A DNA stretch of 63,988 nucleotides, filler included, from Pelomyxa schiedti (taxonomy: Eukaryota; Protista; Evosea), in the NCBI GenBank assembly GCA_020536535.1. It is 6 parts of 6 records of this genome, joined end to end, with 100 filler letters (N's around TTAATTAATTAA, not from the genome) between each part and the next. Parts side by side here need not be neighbours in the genome. Positions count along the whole stretch, not along the records: positions 25,568 to 48,158 come from JAHLWZ010000712.1; positions 48,259 to 53,388 come from JAHLWZ010000055.1; 4 more parts are not named here. The stretch is one strand, 5' to 3'. The notes beneath the pieces are model-generated. The model did not search any database. It was not told the origin of the DNA and saw nothing but the letters and a program-made list of their open reading frames with translations. Positions within the stretch are counted from its first letter, which is position 1. Each line of letters starts with the position of its first letter. Positions 38,501-50,662 of the stretch are shown here, piece by piece. Made by a program: the position numbers and the translations under genes.

Positions 38501-41500
38501 ATGCAGTCCATCAAGCTCTTTGTAGTGGGCGACGGTGGTGTTGGAAAAGTGCGAGAATCAATATTAATAAGAGCAATCACACCATTTACGTGACCTTGGG
38601 TTTGTTTTGAATTGCGCAGACGTGCTTGTTGATACGGTTCACATAGGGAGAGTTTCCTACAGGAAAATACGTCCGTTCCGTATGTGTTTTTTTTCCATCT
38701 TTTTGTTCTAACGATGACTTACAGGCGTTTAAACGCTCCCTGTAAGAGTTTTTTTTTTTAATCTTGGTGAAATTGATTGCCTGCAAGAATATATGTTACG
38801 GTGGAGGAGGAGACATACGGTGTGATATTGTGGGACGTTGACGGTTTGACACACCCTTCCCTCTGTGAATAAGACCAAGAAATTCCTTCAAGGTAGTGAA
38901 GATAGTGAGAGACTAAGGCGCCACAACTATACTGGAACGGATATTTTCTTGGTATATTCCTGTGTTATGTGTTTTTGAGGATAATATCTGGATAAGGTCT
39001 GCGTTTCCATTGCCAATCCTCTCAGTGTTGATAATGTTCGGTCAATGGTTGCAACCATAAATCCCTTTTGATTCACTCACTCACTGAACAAACAAAACAT
39101 TGAAGCGGTTACCGGAGGTGAGTGTTTCTTGAGTTTCCTGTCATGCACTGATATTCTGTCAGATTGCTCTCCTTTTCCCAAACACCCCATTCATCCTTGT
39201 GGGTACAAAACGTGATCTGAAGAGTGATCCTCGTCACCTCAAGTCGCTTGCGAGGAAACACAGGTCACCCTTCACCTTTGAAATGGGGTGTGAGGTAAAC
39301 CTGAGCCCATCCCCACAAATAATCAATAAAGTCTTTGACTTCTTCAGATGGCACGAGAATTTCATGCAGCAGCATATGTTGAGACGAGTTCCTTGACGGG
39401 AGAACACGTTCAGGATCTTTTTACACTCGCAGTCAAAGTTGCCACAACTGGAAGAAGAAAGCAACCTGTTCCGGCATCATTCTCATTGGTATCTGGCACT
39501 CACTTTCATCACTCATCCTTCAGACAAACTCACCTTCATGAAAAAACAAACAGGGAACTCTGTGGAACGCACTTGTTCCTCACATGCCTGCTTCTTCTGC
39601 CACCGTTCATCGTCATCATCAGCAACCCTCATGGTCAAAACTTTTCTCTGACGTTGATGTGGCTGCAAGGTGACTTTCCCCCCCACATTTTTTTCACCTC
39701 TTCTGACTGTTGTTCATCATCACAAACACACACACCAACAGATACGGTCACTCACAATCACGATGTGGAACTGTTCTGATCACTGTTGGTGGAATGTGTG
39801 CCGATGGTGCACCACCACCTCCACCTGACGTTCTGAGGTTCGATTGTTCCAGTGGGAATTGGTTGCATCCATTCCCTCTTGCCATCGCAGATTGCGCTGA
39901 GAACCAGAGTCACTCTGTTGGAATCAAAGGAATGACATTTGTTGCCTCTGTGTATGTCTCCCCCCCGCCCCCTCATTTTTTGCGTTTCTCGATTTGACTC
40001 AAACTCACAAAAAGATTTGTTGATGACTTGATGTTTCTCTTTGGAGGTTTATTTCTTCCCTTCACCATTTCATCCTCTCATTGGTCACCGACTGGTTTGG
40101 GGTTGGTCACCGAAAACCCACACATGTGAACACAGGGAGGAGCAACAGTTACAACAACTCGTTGAATTGCCTGAACATGAGCACAGGGGAGTGTTCACTT
40201 CTCCCAGAAGGAAATCGTGCAGAGTCACCTTCTCCTCGATACGGTTCATCGATGATCGCGTTTGGGAAGTGCTTGTTTGTGTTTGGAGGGTGTGTGTTCT
40301 CCTCTCATTATTGTTGTTAATTGTTCTTCTCACAAAGAGTTGCAGTTATGACTGCAACAGCGTTGAATGTGAAGACTTGAGGTGTTATGACTTGACTGTC
40401 CAAAGTTGGATTCAGGTGTGCGTGTGCAACACTCCCCTTTCCACAACAGTAACTCCCACACCTCACAGGTGGCGGGAATCGAATCAGGAAGCGAAGCACC
40501 AAGTGGGAGATTCCACCACACCGCTGTTTGCCACAACGGAAACATGATTATCTTTGGTAAATCAAATCAACCACTCCACAATTCAAGCAGCGAAAGCTCT
40601 CACACATTGCCGCACGCTCTCTCACACACAAACACAGGTGGAATATTGAATGGCAAGAAGCTCAACGATGTGTGGACTTTTAGTGAGAGAAACAACTCTT
40701 AAATACTTATTTCCTGATTGTAACTCACCAGATCTTTCCACGAAAGTGTGGGTGAAACCACCAACACGAGGGATCACACCACCAGGCATGCGAGGCCACG
40801 CGGCGGCAGTGATTGGTGATGAAATGTTTGTGTGCACTTGTGATCCCCCTTCGTCACCTTCTTCCATGGCTTTGTTCAAGTATGATATCATCTCTCTTTC
40901 ACCTTTTCCCTCCCGATTGACACACTGCAAACACAGACTCACACTGGGATCATCAACCTTCGAGTGGTCGCGAGTTGAGATCGGGAACACACCACCGGTT
41001 CGTGAATTCCACACTCTTCTTTCATCAGAGGATGGTATGTTGATACTGGCAGGTGGCCGCGAACTTGCCGCAACCACTGGGACCCCCTCGGGTGTGTGCT
41101 GCTTTTCCTCTTCTCCACTCAATAAAACACAGGAAAGACGCACGGAGATGGGTGGTGGTTGCAACTTTTCAGAAACGTTTTTAAAATGCTTCCACACGAA
41201 CTGTGGATGTTCATTTTCTCGTTCTGTGATCCGAAAGACCTCTTCCGGCTTTCCGCTGTGTGTGCACATCCCCTTCCTCTTAATGTCAATCACTCCACAC
41301 CCTCCACTTTACATTTAATCATTCCGCACCGCAAACTGTCCAATGAATAATTCACATTTCGCACACAGGTGTGCCGGGATTTCAGAGCACTTGCATCATC
41401 TGACATTCTTTGGAACCGATTCGTTCCGGCGAGCACCGTCGGCTCATCACCAACATCGGCCAACAATGGTTGTGCCGCGCTCAAATCCCTGTTCACATCA

Positions 41501-41621
41501 TCAACTGTGTTCTTTCTTTGCAAAGCTGGGGTGGACATCACTGGTGAATGGTATGTGTGCTGTCTTGTGTGCATTTTTCCGTTCGTTCACCCCTTTTTCT
41601 TTCAGGATATTTGTTCCTTGA
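38501..41621 (+). pseudogene. Rho-like GTPase-Kelch-F-box gene, copy 1, with premature TAG in exon 2
   Basis: MQSIKLFVVGDGGVGK|TCLLIRFT*GEFP (TAG 38644-38646). Kelch motifs (RYGHS, RFHH, RGH, REFH) and F-box LPHELWMFIFSFCDPKDLFRLSAVCRDF lie downstream. Confidence 0.75.
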
Positions 41622-41837
41622 AATAGACTCCTGAAGCCGCTGAGTGCAAGTTGTGAGAATTGATTGGATGAGCGAGCCTTGAAAGTACCAGTGTAAAACG
41701 AGACCCCAGTCCGGGTCTGAAATGGTCAGAGATACCGGAACGCTCTCATCTTCGTTATCGTAGCTCTGGATCGGCGGTCTGGTTTTTTTTTTATTCCACC
41801 TGAGTGTAAATTCGCTTAAACTGTCGAGTTTTTTGAA

Positions 41838-44800
41838 ATGATACAACCACTAAAGTGCGTTGTGGTCGGCGACGGCGGCGTGGGCAAAGTGTGTGTCAAG
41901 AATATGACTGTCCGTTGATGTTGCTGTCATCCTTTTAACATTGTTTACCAATGACAGACATGTTTGTTGATAAGGTGCACATCGGGCGAGTGGCCCGTGG
42001 GCGACTACATACCAACGGTATGAGAGTGTTGATTTTTTAGTGTGTGCACTCACGAACCAAAAAGGCACTGAACAACCAGAAGTAAGGGGGTGTTTTTAAT
42101 CTTTGACACATGAAAAATTGACTGACTGGCAGTATGAATGTTACTTTTGAGGAGAAGGCATACAACGTGCGATTGTGGGACACTGCCGGTTTGACACCCT
42201 TCCCTCTCTGTGTGACTGAACATTTCCTTTCCTTCAGGTGAGGAAGATTATGACAGAATAAGACCCTGTTGCTATCCTGGAACAGACATTTTCTTGGTAT
42301 TCTAGTTTCTATGCGTTTCGTTGTTGTGATGAACTCATCAGCTCTGCTTTTCTCTTGTTTACCCTCCCAGTTTTGGGAATATTCGGTCAAAGGTTTCAAA
42401 CAACACAACTCCATTTTAGTCTTGAACTAAACAACCGAACAACCAACACAAAACGAAACATTCAAGTGGTTCCCTGAGGTGAGCAGTTCCCGAGGTACCA
42501 TACCACCTAAATGAAGTTAGATTTCTCACCATTGCCCAAAAACGGCATTCATCATTGTGGGGACAAAACGTGATCTGAGAACTGATCCTGCTTTCCTCAA
42601 TCGCCTTATTCGGAAACACATGTCACCCGTCACTTTTGAAATGGGTTCTGAGGTCAACCTTATCCCATCCTCACAAATCACCAAATCAATTGTTTGACTT
42701 CCCTTTCAGCTGGCCCAAGAACTTCATGCAGCAGCATATGTTGAGACGAGTTCCTTGACTGGAGAACACGTTCAGGATCTTTTTACACTCGCAGTCAAAG
42801 TTGCCACAACTGGAAGAAGAAAGAAACCTGTTTCGTCATCATTCTCATGGGTATCTATCACTCACTTTCATCATCCTTCAGACAAACTCACCTTCATGAA
42901 AAACCAAACAGGGAACTCTGTGGAATTCACTTGTGCCTCGCATTGGATCATCAAAACCAACAACAACAACACCACCAAGGCCCGCTTCTTCTGCCACCGT
43001 TCATCATCATCATCATCCACCCTCATGGTCAAAACTTTTCTCCGACGTTGATGTGGCTGCAAGGTGATTTGCCTCACATTTTATTCCCTGTTCTGAATGG
43101 CTGTTGATCATCACACACACACAAATCAACAGATACGGTCACTCACAATCACGATGTGGAACTGTTCTGATCACTGTTGGTGGAATGTGTGCCGATGGTG
43201 CACCACCACCTCCACCTGACGTTCTGAGGTTCGATTGTTCCAGTGGGAACTGGTTGCATCCATTCCCTCTTGCCATTGCAGGTTGTGGCGAGAACCAGAG
43301 TCACTCTGTTGGATTCAAAGGAATGACATTTGTTGCCTCTGTGTATATCTCCCACCCACTCGACTTTACTCAAATCCAAAAGTTATTTTGACAACTTGAT
43401 GTTCCTCTTTGGAGGTTTGATTCTTCCTTCTCCATTTCGTCTTCACTCATCAACCAAAAAACCCACAGGGAGGAGCAACAGTTACAACAACTCGTTGCAT
43501 TGCCTGAACATGAACACAGGGGAGTGTTCACTTCTCCCAGAAGGAAATCGTGCAGAGTCACCTTCTCCTCGATACGGTTCATCGATGATCGCGTTTGGGA
43601 AGTGCTTGTTTGTGTTTGGAGGGTGTGTGTTATCCTCTCATAGTGTTATATTGTTCTTCTCCTCACAAAGAGTTGCAGTTATGACTGCGACAGCATTGAA
43701 TGTGAAGACTTGAGGTGTTATGACTTGACTGTCCAAAGTTGGATTCAGGTGTGCGTGTGTGCAACACTCCCCTTTCCACAGCACCAACACACACACCTTG
43801 CACACAGGTGGCGGGAATCGAATCAGGAAGCGAAGCACCAAGTGGGAGATTCCACCACACCGCTGTGTGTCACAGCGGAAACATGATTCTCTTTGGTAAA
43901 TCAACACTCCACACACAATTCAGCACACAGCAACAAAAACTCTCTCACATTGCCGGACACCTCACGCACACAAACACAGGTGGAATGTCGAATGGCAAGA
44001 AGCTCAACGATGTGTGGACTTTTGGTGCGGAAACAAACAAGTCTTAATTTCTTATTATTTACTGACCTGAACACACACACCCAGATATTTCCACGAAAGT
44101 GTGGTTGAAACCCCCAACACGAGGGATCACACCACCAGGCATGCGAGGCCACGCGGCGGCAGTGATTGGTGATGAAATGTTTGTGTGCACTTGTGATCCC
44201 CCTTCGTCACCTTCCTCCATGGCTTTGTTCAAGTATCTTTTTATCTCATCTCTCTTTCACCTTTTTCCAAACTGACTGAAACACAGACTCACACTGGGAT
44301 CATCAATCTTCGAGTGGTCACGTATTGAGATCAGGAACGCACCACCGGCCCGTGAATTCCACACCCTTCTTTCATCGGAGGATGGTCTGTTGATACTGGC
44401 AGGTGGCCGTGAACTCACTGCACCAACCGGAACCCCCTCAGGTGTGTGTATGCTGTGCTGCTTTCCACCCCTTCTCATATTATTGATAACTTCACTCAAC
44501 AAAACAAAGGAAAGATGCACGGAGATGGGTGGTGGTTGCAACTTTTCAGCAACGTTTTTCAAATTCTTCCGCATGAACTGTGGATGTTAATTTTCTCGTT
44601 CTGTGATCCAAAAGACCTCTTCCGGCTTTCCGCTGTGTGTGCACATCCCCTTCCCCTCAATATAATATTTTTTAATAAATTTTCGAAATCAGTTCCGCAC
44701 CCAATTTCCGCCTTTACGTTCTTCATTTCGCACCGCGTCAACTGTCATTTCCATGAATAATTCACATTTTGCACACAGGTGTGCCGGGATTTCCGAACTC

Positions 44801-45029
44801 TTTCATCGTCTGACATTCTTTGGGTGCGGTTCATCCCTGAGACCATAATAAGTTCCTCCACCAACAAGGGTGCCGCTCTCAAGTCCTTGTTCCGATCGAC
44901 AGCTGCGTTTTACTTGTACAAAAGCGGAACGGACCTCACTGATGATTGGTGTGTGCGTCTTTTCCCGTTTGGTGTTTACAAATTCGTTCACTCCCCTTTG
45001 ACTTCAGGATCTTTGTTCCCTGTGAGTGA
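41838..45029 (+). CDS. Rho-like GTPase-Kelch-F-box protein, copy 2
   Basis: MIQPLKCVVVGDGGVGK|TCLLI, WDTAG|EEDYDRIRPCCYP, VGTKRDLR, YVETSSLT; Kelch blades; F-box near the C-terminus. Confidence 0.88.
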
Positions 45030-45130
45030 GTCACCGTACCAACACTGACTAGCCTTGGAACCATTAACCCATTAATGGCGTTAACGATGGTTTAGAGTTT
45101 TCCTTTCACAGCCAGTTGGTTTTTTTTGAA

Positions 45131-48100
45131 ATGGCACAGCCACTCAAGTTCCTTTTGAGCGGCGACGACGCAGTGGGAAAAGTGTGTGTCAAGAAATATT
45201 GTTTCTTGTTCTATTATGAATGAACGTTACACTGTTTCGACTTAAATCACAGACATGTTTGTTGATACGATATGCATCGGGCGTGTTTCCCAGGGACAAC
45301 GTACCATATGTAAGTGTGTGGTTTTTTTTTCCTCGTTTGTGTACTCATGTCATGACGACGCAAAGGTGCTGCACAAATACTACCCGTGAGAGTGTTTTAA
45401 ATGTTACCAATAAAATTGACCGACTTGCAAGAGCCAAGGTTATGTTTGAAGATAAGCCATACGACGCGGAATTGTGGGACACTGCCGGTTTGACACCCGT
45501 CCCTCTGTGACTGAACAATTCATTCCTTCAGGTGGTGGAGATTATGACAGAATAAGACCCTGTTCCTATCCCAGGACAAATATTTTCTTGGTATTTGAGT
45601 TCTATGAGTTTCGTTGTTGTGATGAACTTACAGCTCTGCTTTTCTCTTGTCAACCCTCGCAGTTTTGAGAATATTCGGTCAAAGGTTTCAAACAACACAA
45701 CTCCATTTTACTCTTGAACTAAATAAACGAACATTCAAGTGGTTCCCTGAGGTGATTGTTCCCTTGAGTTACTTCTGTCATGCCACCAATATTATCTCAG
45801 GTCTCTCACTGTAGCCTAAAAATCCAATTCATCATTGTGGGGACAAAACGTGATCTGAGGACTGATTCAACTTCCCTCAGGTTGCTGACAAGGAAAGGCT
45901 TGTCACCTGTCACTTTTGAAATGGGGTCTGAAGTAAATCCTTTTCTCACAGAGAATCAAAACCAATGACTTCCTCTTCAGATGGCACGAGAACTTCATGC
46001 CGCAGCATATGTTGAGACGAGTTCCTTGACTGGGGAACACGTTCAGGATCTTTTTACACTTGCAGTCAAAGTTGCCACAACTGGAAGAAGAAAGAAATCT
46101 GTTCCGTCATCATTCTCATTGGTATCTGTCACTCACTTTCATCGGATTCACTCAGACCAACTCATCAATACCTTCTCAAAACCAAACAGGGAACTCTGTG
46201 GAACGCACTTGTTCCTCACATTGGATCATCAACATCAAGGCCCGCTTCTTCTGCCACCGTTCATCATCATCACCAGCCCTCATGGTCAAAACTTTTCTCT
46301 GATGTTGATGTGGCTGCAAGGTGACTTGCCCTCACATTTTATTCCCTGTTCTGAATGGCTGTTGATCATCACACACACACAAATCGACAGATACGGTCAC
46401 TCACAATCACGATGTGGAACTGTTCTGATCACTGTTGGTGGAATGTGTGCCGATGGTGCACCACCACCTCCACCTGACGTTCTGAGGTTCGATTGTTCCA
46501 GTGGGAATTGGTTGCATCCATTCCCTCTTGCCATCGTGGATTGTGGCGAGAACCAGAGTCACTCTGTTGGATTCAAAGGAATGACATTTGTTGCCTCTGT
46601 GTATATCTCCCCTCCCTCCCCCGTTCGTTTTTTTGCTTTTCTCGATTTGATTCACACTCAAAAGGTTTGTTGATGACTTGATGTTTCTCTTTGGAGGTTT
46701 ATCTCTGCTTATCACGGGGGTTGATCAACCGAAAAGCCACATATATACACATAGGGAGGAGAAACAGTTGCAGCAACTCGTTGCATTGCCTGAACATGAA
46801 CACAGGGGAGTGTTCACTCCTCCCAGAAGGAAATCATTCAGAATCACCTTCTCCTCGATACGGTTCATCAATGGTCGCATTCGCGAAGTGCTTGTTTGTG
46901 TTTGGAGGGTGTGTGTTCTCCTCTCATTGGTTGTATCCCTCACAAAGAGTTGCAGTTATGACTGTGCCAGTGTTGAATGTGAAGACTTGAGGTGTTATGA
47001 CTTGACTGTCCAAAGTTGGATTCAGGTGTGTGCGATATCGGATACTTTGCCAAACACAGAACTACACTCGTATATTTCTTCTCTCTTCTCTCGAAGATAC
47101 CTGCACACAGGTGCCGGAAAGAGAAGCAGGAAGACCAGCACCAAGTGGGAGATTTCACCACACCGCCGTTTGCCACAACGGAAACATGATTCTCTTTGGT
47201 AAATCAACACTCCACACACAATTCAGCACACAGCAACAAAGGAACTCACACGTTACCGCACACAAACACAGGTGGAATGTTGAATGTGAAGAAGCTCAAC
47301 GATGTGTGGACTTTTGGTGTGAAAACCCAAACACCAATCCAGATGATTTAATGAACAGAACACACAAACACACCCAGATATCTCCACGAAAGTGTGGGTG
47401 AAACCACCAACACGAGGGATAACACCACCAGGCATGCGAGGCCACGCGGCGGCAGTGATTGGTGATGAAATGTTTGTGTNNNNNNNNNNNNNNNNNNNNN
47501 NNNNNNNNNNNNNNNNNNNNNNNNNNNNNNNNNNNNNNNNNNNNNNNNNNNNNNNNNNNNNNNNNNNNNNNNNNNNNNNAACACACAAACACACCCAGAT
47601 ATCTCCACGAAAGTGTGGGTGAAACCACCAACACGAGGGATAACACCACCAGGCATGCGAGGCCACGCGGCGGCAGTGATTGGTGATGAAATGTTTGTGT
47701 GCACTTGTGATCCCCCTTCGTCACCATCTTCCATGGCTTTGTTCAAGTATCTTCTTATCTCATCTCTCTTTCACCTTTTTCCAAACTGACTGAAACACAG
47801 ACTCACACTGGGATCATCAACCTTCGAGTGGTCACGTGTTGAGATCGGGAACACACCACCGGTTCGTGAATTCCACACTCTTCTTTCATCAGAGGATGGT
47901 CTGTTGATACTGGCAGGTGGCCGCGAACTTGCCGCAACCACTGGGACCCCCTCAGGTGTGTGTGTGCGCTTTCCCGCTTTTCCCCCTTCTACTGACAACC
48001 TCACTCAACAAACCACAGGGAGGATTCACGGAGATGCGTGGCGGTTGCAACTTTTCAGAAACGTTTTTAAAATGCTTCCACAAGAACTGTGGATGTTCAT

Positions 48101-48158
48101 TTTCTCGTTCTGTGATCCAAAAGACCTCTTCCGGCTTTCCGCTGTGTGTGCACATCCC
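45131..48158 (+). CDS. Rho-like GTPase-Kelch-F-box protein, copy 3 (internal gap; truncated at gap)
   Basis: MAQPLKFLLSGDDAVGK, WDTAG|GGDYDRIRP; same exon series up to F-box LPQELWMFIFSF. Confidence 0.85.
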
Positions 48159-48723
48159 NNNNNNNNNNNNNNNNNNNNNNNNNNNNNNNNNNNNNNNNNN
48201 NNTTAATTAATTAANNNNNNNNNNNNNNNNNNNNNNNNNNNNNNNNNNNNNNNNNNNNGTTCCGTGATTATGTTGTCACACAGGCCGCGACAACTAGATC
48301 TTCCACCACAGTCAAGTTGTGGCTTGGTCTGCCCATTGATTAAAGCATGCCTCCACCATGGCCCTCGCTGTCTCATTCTTGTAACACTCAGATTCGAACT
48401 TCAATCTCCCAGTATTGAGGCTATTGCTATTAGTGTGTAGTTTGTGGTGTGACGGCAAAGGTTTGAGTAGTGATTCTAAGGTTGGACAGCGTTACGGTCT
48501 GTTGATTATTTTATTCAGTCCTGAGAAGCCCAACTTACCCACAAATCGAAACAAACAACAAACAGAACAAATTATTGAATCTCTTTCTTGATCTTGCTTG
48601 TTCTCTGGCCTTGTCGTCACACAACGAACTTCACATCCCACACACAGATAACCAAGCTGAGATGAATTTGCACTGGGCAAGGCAACAACAAATCACAGGT
48701 GTCTGTTCGCTGCAAGCAAAAGG

Positions 48724-50330
48724 ATGAAAGTTTCGTTGTTTGTGTCGGTTGCGTTGGTAGCTGCGGTGGTGGAGGCGACGGAGTTATGGGACAGCACCAA
48801 AATGCCGGAGGACACGCCATTTGAGGGCTTTGAGACGATGTACAATAAACATTATGGGTCCGAGGGTGAGAGGGAATACAGGAAGGCTGTGTTCACCCTC
48901 AACATGGTATTTATAATATAGACGGCCACTGTGTTTGTGATTTTTGTTTGTTTGGTTTCTTATTTCTTCGCGCGTTCGTTTGGAGCCTAACACTTTTCCA
49001 ACAAGGTGAAGGCAAAGGAGTGGAATGACAGAGATGGAAGGAAGACTTATGGAGCTTCGCCATTTGCTGATATGACAGCGGTGCAGTCAATTATCTGCCC
49101 GCATTCCTTGTTACTTTTTTTGTTCACTGCCTTGGCAGGAGGAGTTTCGATCAAGCAGGTTGATGGCACCTGCCGATGCTGAGTCTCTTGCTCGTGCTTG
49201 CATGGAGGCAGGTGTTTATCAGCCCACCCCGGCTCCGGTTTCTGTTCAGATTGATGACTCCTTTGACTGGCGAGACACTCCTGGCGTGGTGCAGTCCGTG
49301 AAAGATCAAGTATGATTCTTCTTCCACTCCTAGGTTTATTTCTGATCATACCTTTTTTTTTTTATTTCCTCAGGCAAGTTGTGGAAGCTGCTGGGCGTTC
49401 AGCACAGGTAATACCAGTCTTTTTTTGAAGATTTGGCTCTTATTTTTTCCCATAAATATTAGTTGAGGCCATGGAAGGTGCGTATGGAATTGCAGGCAAA
49501 AGTGTTGAACTCAGTGCCCAGTTTGTAACAGACTGCAGCAGAGGTTAAAATGCAGAGGAGTTGTTGTTAATTAAAGTGTTTTTTTAGGGTGCTCCTCTGA
49601 GATTTATGAAGGAGCGAATACCACTGTCTGCAACAAAGGTATCCCGGCCCCGTTCTTTTCAAAATTTTCAATTTGTGGCCGCCAGAGTGCAGTGGTGGGT
49701 GGCCATGGACCGCCTTGAATGACATTGCCACACAAGCAATCGGCGGCGTACCTCTCTGGAGTGAGTACCCATATACAGGAGCCTATGAGCAGTGCCGCGA
49801 TGGGAACTACTCTTATTCCTTCCGGGCGAACATAACTTCATACACCTGCCCCAATCTTGACAAGGTTACTTTCACTTCCTTCATTTTCTTCTGAGAATGA
49901 CCTCGGCATCCAGGGCACCAAAGATGAAGATGTAATGGCAGACAGTCTCAAGCAATACGGGCCGCTATCCATCGCAGTGAATGCGGAGCATTTCCAGTTG
50001 TACATCAGGGTTCGCAATCTATTTCTATTCTTGTCCTTGAGAAAAATTTACAATCCCCGCAGGGCATTATGGACCCTGTATTCTGTGATACGACCTACCT
50101 TGACCACGCGGTTCTTCTCGTTGGGTGGGGGATAGACAAGGACCCACTGTTCTTGAGCGATGATCCTTACTGGATTGTCAAAAACAGCTGGTATGCTTTC
50201 CAGTCACAAAACTACCGCAACAAACAAATCACACAGGGGATCAACATGGGGTGAGGACGGCTATCTCCGCATGGCACGCGGCAATGGATGTTGTGGAATC
50301 AATCAGGCTGTCACTGCAGCCATTTTATGA
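48724..50330 (+). CDS. Papain-family (C1A) cysteine protease with signal peptide and I29-like propeptide
   Basis: MKVSLFVSVALVAAVVEA; DWR..VKDQ|ASCGSCWAFS; LDHAVLLVGWG; YWIVKNSW; WGEDGY..CGIN. Confidence 0.93.
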
Positions 50331-50495
50331 GGAGGCAAGGGGGGACACACCACAAAAAAGCGGTATCACCCATAAGTACTGCGATGCCGGTTTTCGAGAT
50401 CAAAAAAGGGAAACAGTCCCTCGATTATCTCTGGAGTGCTACTTAAAATAAATTCAAATATTTGAATTCTTACCCCTGAGCTCTGGTGATACTTC

Positions 50496-50570
50496 GCATG
50501 TGGCGCCGAAGACCTGGGTTCGATTCCCAGCTGTCGACAATGTTGGCAGTAGTTTAGAGGTAGAACTTCG
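50496..50570 (+). tRNA. Putative circularly permuted tRNA-His(GUG): 3' half 50496-50538, linker AAT, 5' half 50542-50570
   Basis: Re-joining the halves gives G-TTGGCAG TA GTTT AGAGGTA GAAC T TCG|GC ATGTGGC GCCGA AGAC CTGGG TTCGATT CCCAG CTGTCGA C, with all four stems paired. Flanks are complementary and a T-run follows at ~50597-50607. Confidence 0.78.
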
Positions 50571-50662
50571 CTGTTTCACCAATCGCAGCCACTCCCTTTT
50601 GTTTTTTATTTTGCGGCCATTTCCGAAAAAAAAACCGGTATTCAATTTGACAAAGAAATCTG

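Noticed and set aside
38644-38646. TAG as evidence of stop-codon reassignment
   Set aside because: Single instance; paralogs have TCG, and TAG is used as a normal stop elsewhere (e.g. 23959, 30525).
47358-47700. Direct repeats flanking N100 gaps (also near 54179 and 55850)
   Set aside because: Unmerged contig overlaps, not biological repeats.
50470-50539. Ordinary colinear tRNA or tRNA-derived SINE head
   Set aside because: No upstream strand pairs with CTGTCGA and there is no D arm upstream; the matching 5' strand and D arm lie downstream.
50560-50580. Alternative reading of the permuted gene as tRNA-Glu(UUC) with a 37/38 break (TCGCT-GT-TTC-A)
   Set aside because: Needs G32, a C-C mismatch and a U-G pair in the anticodon stem; the His reading gives a perfect stem, a GUG-G37-C38 loop and G-1:C73.
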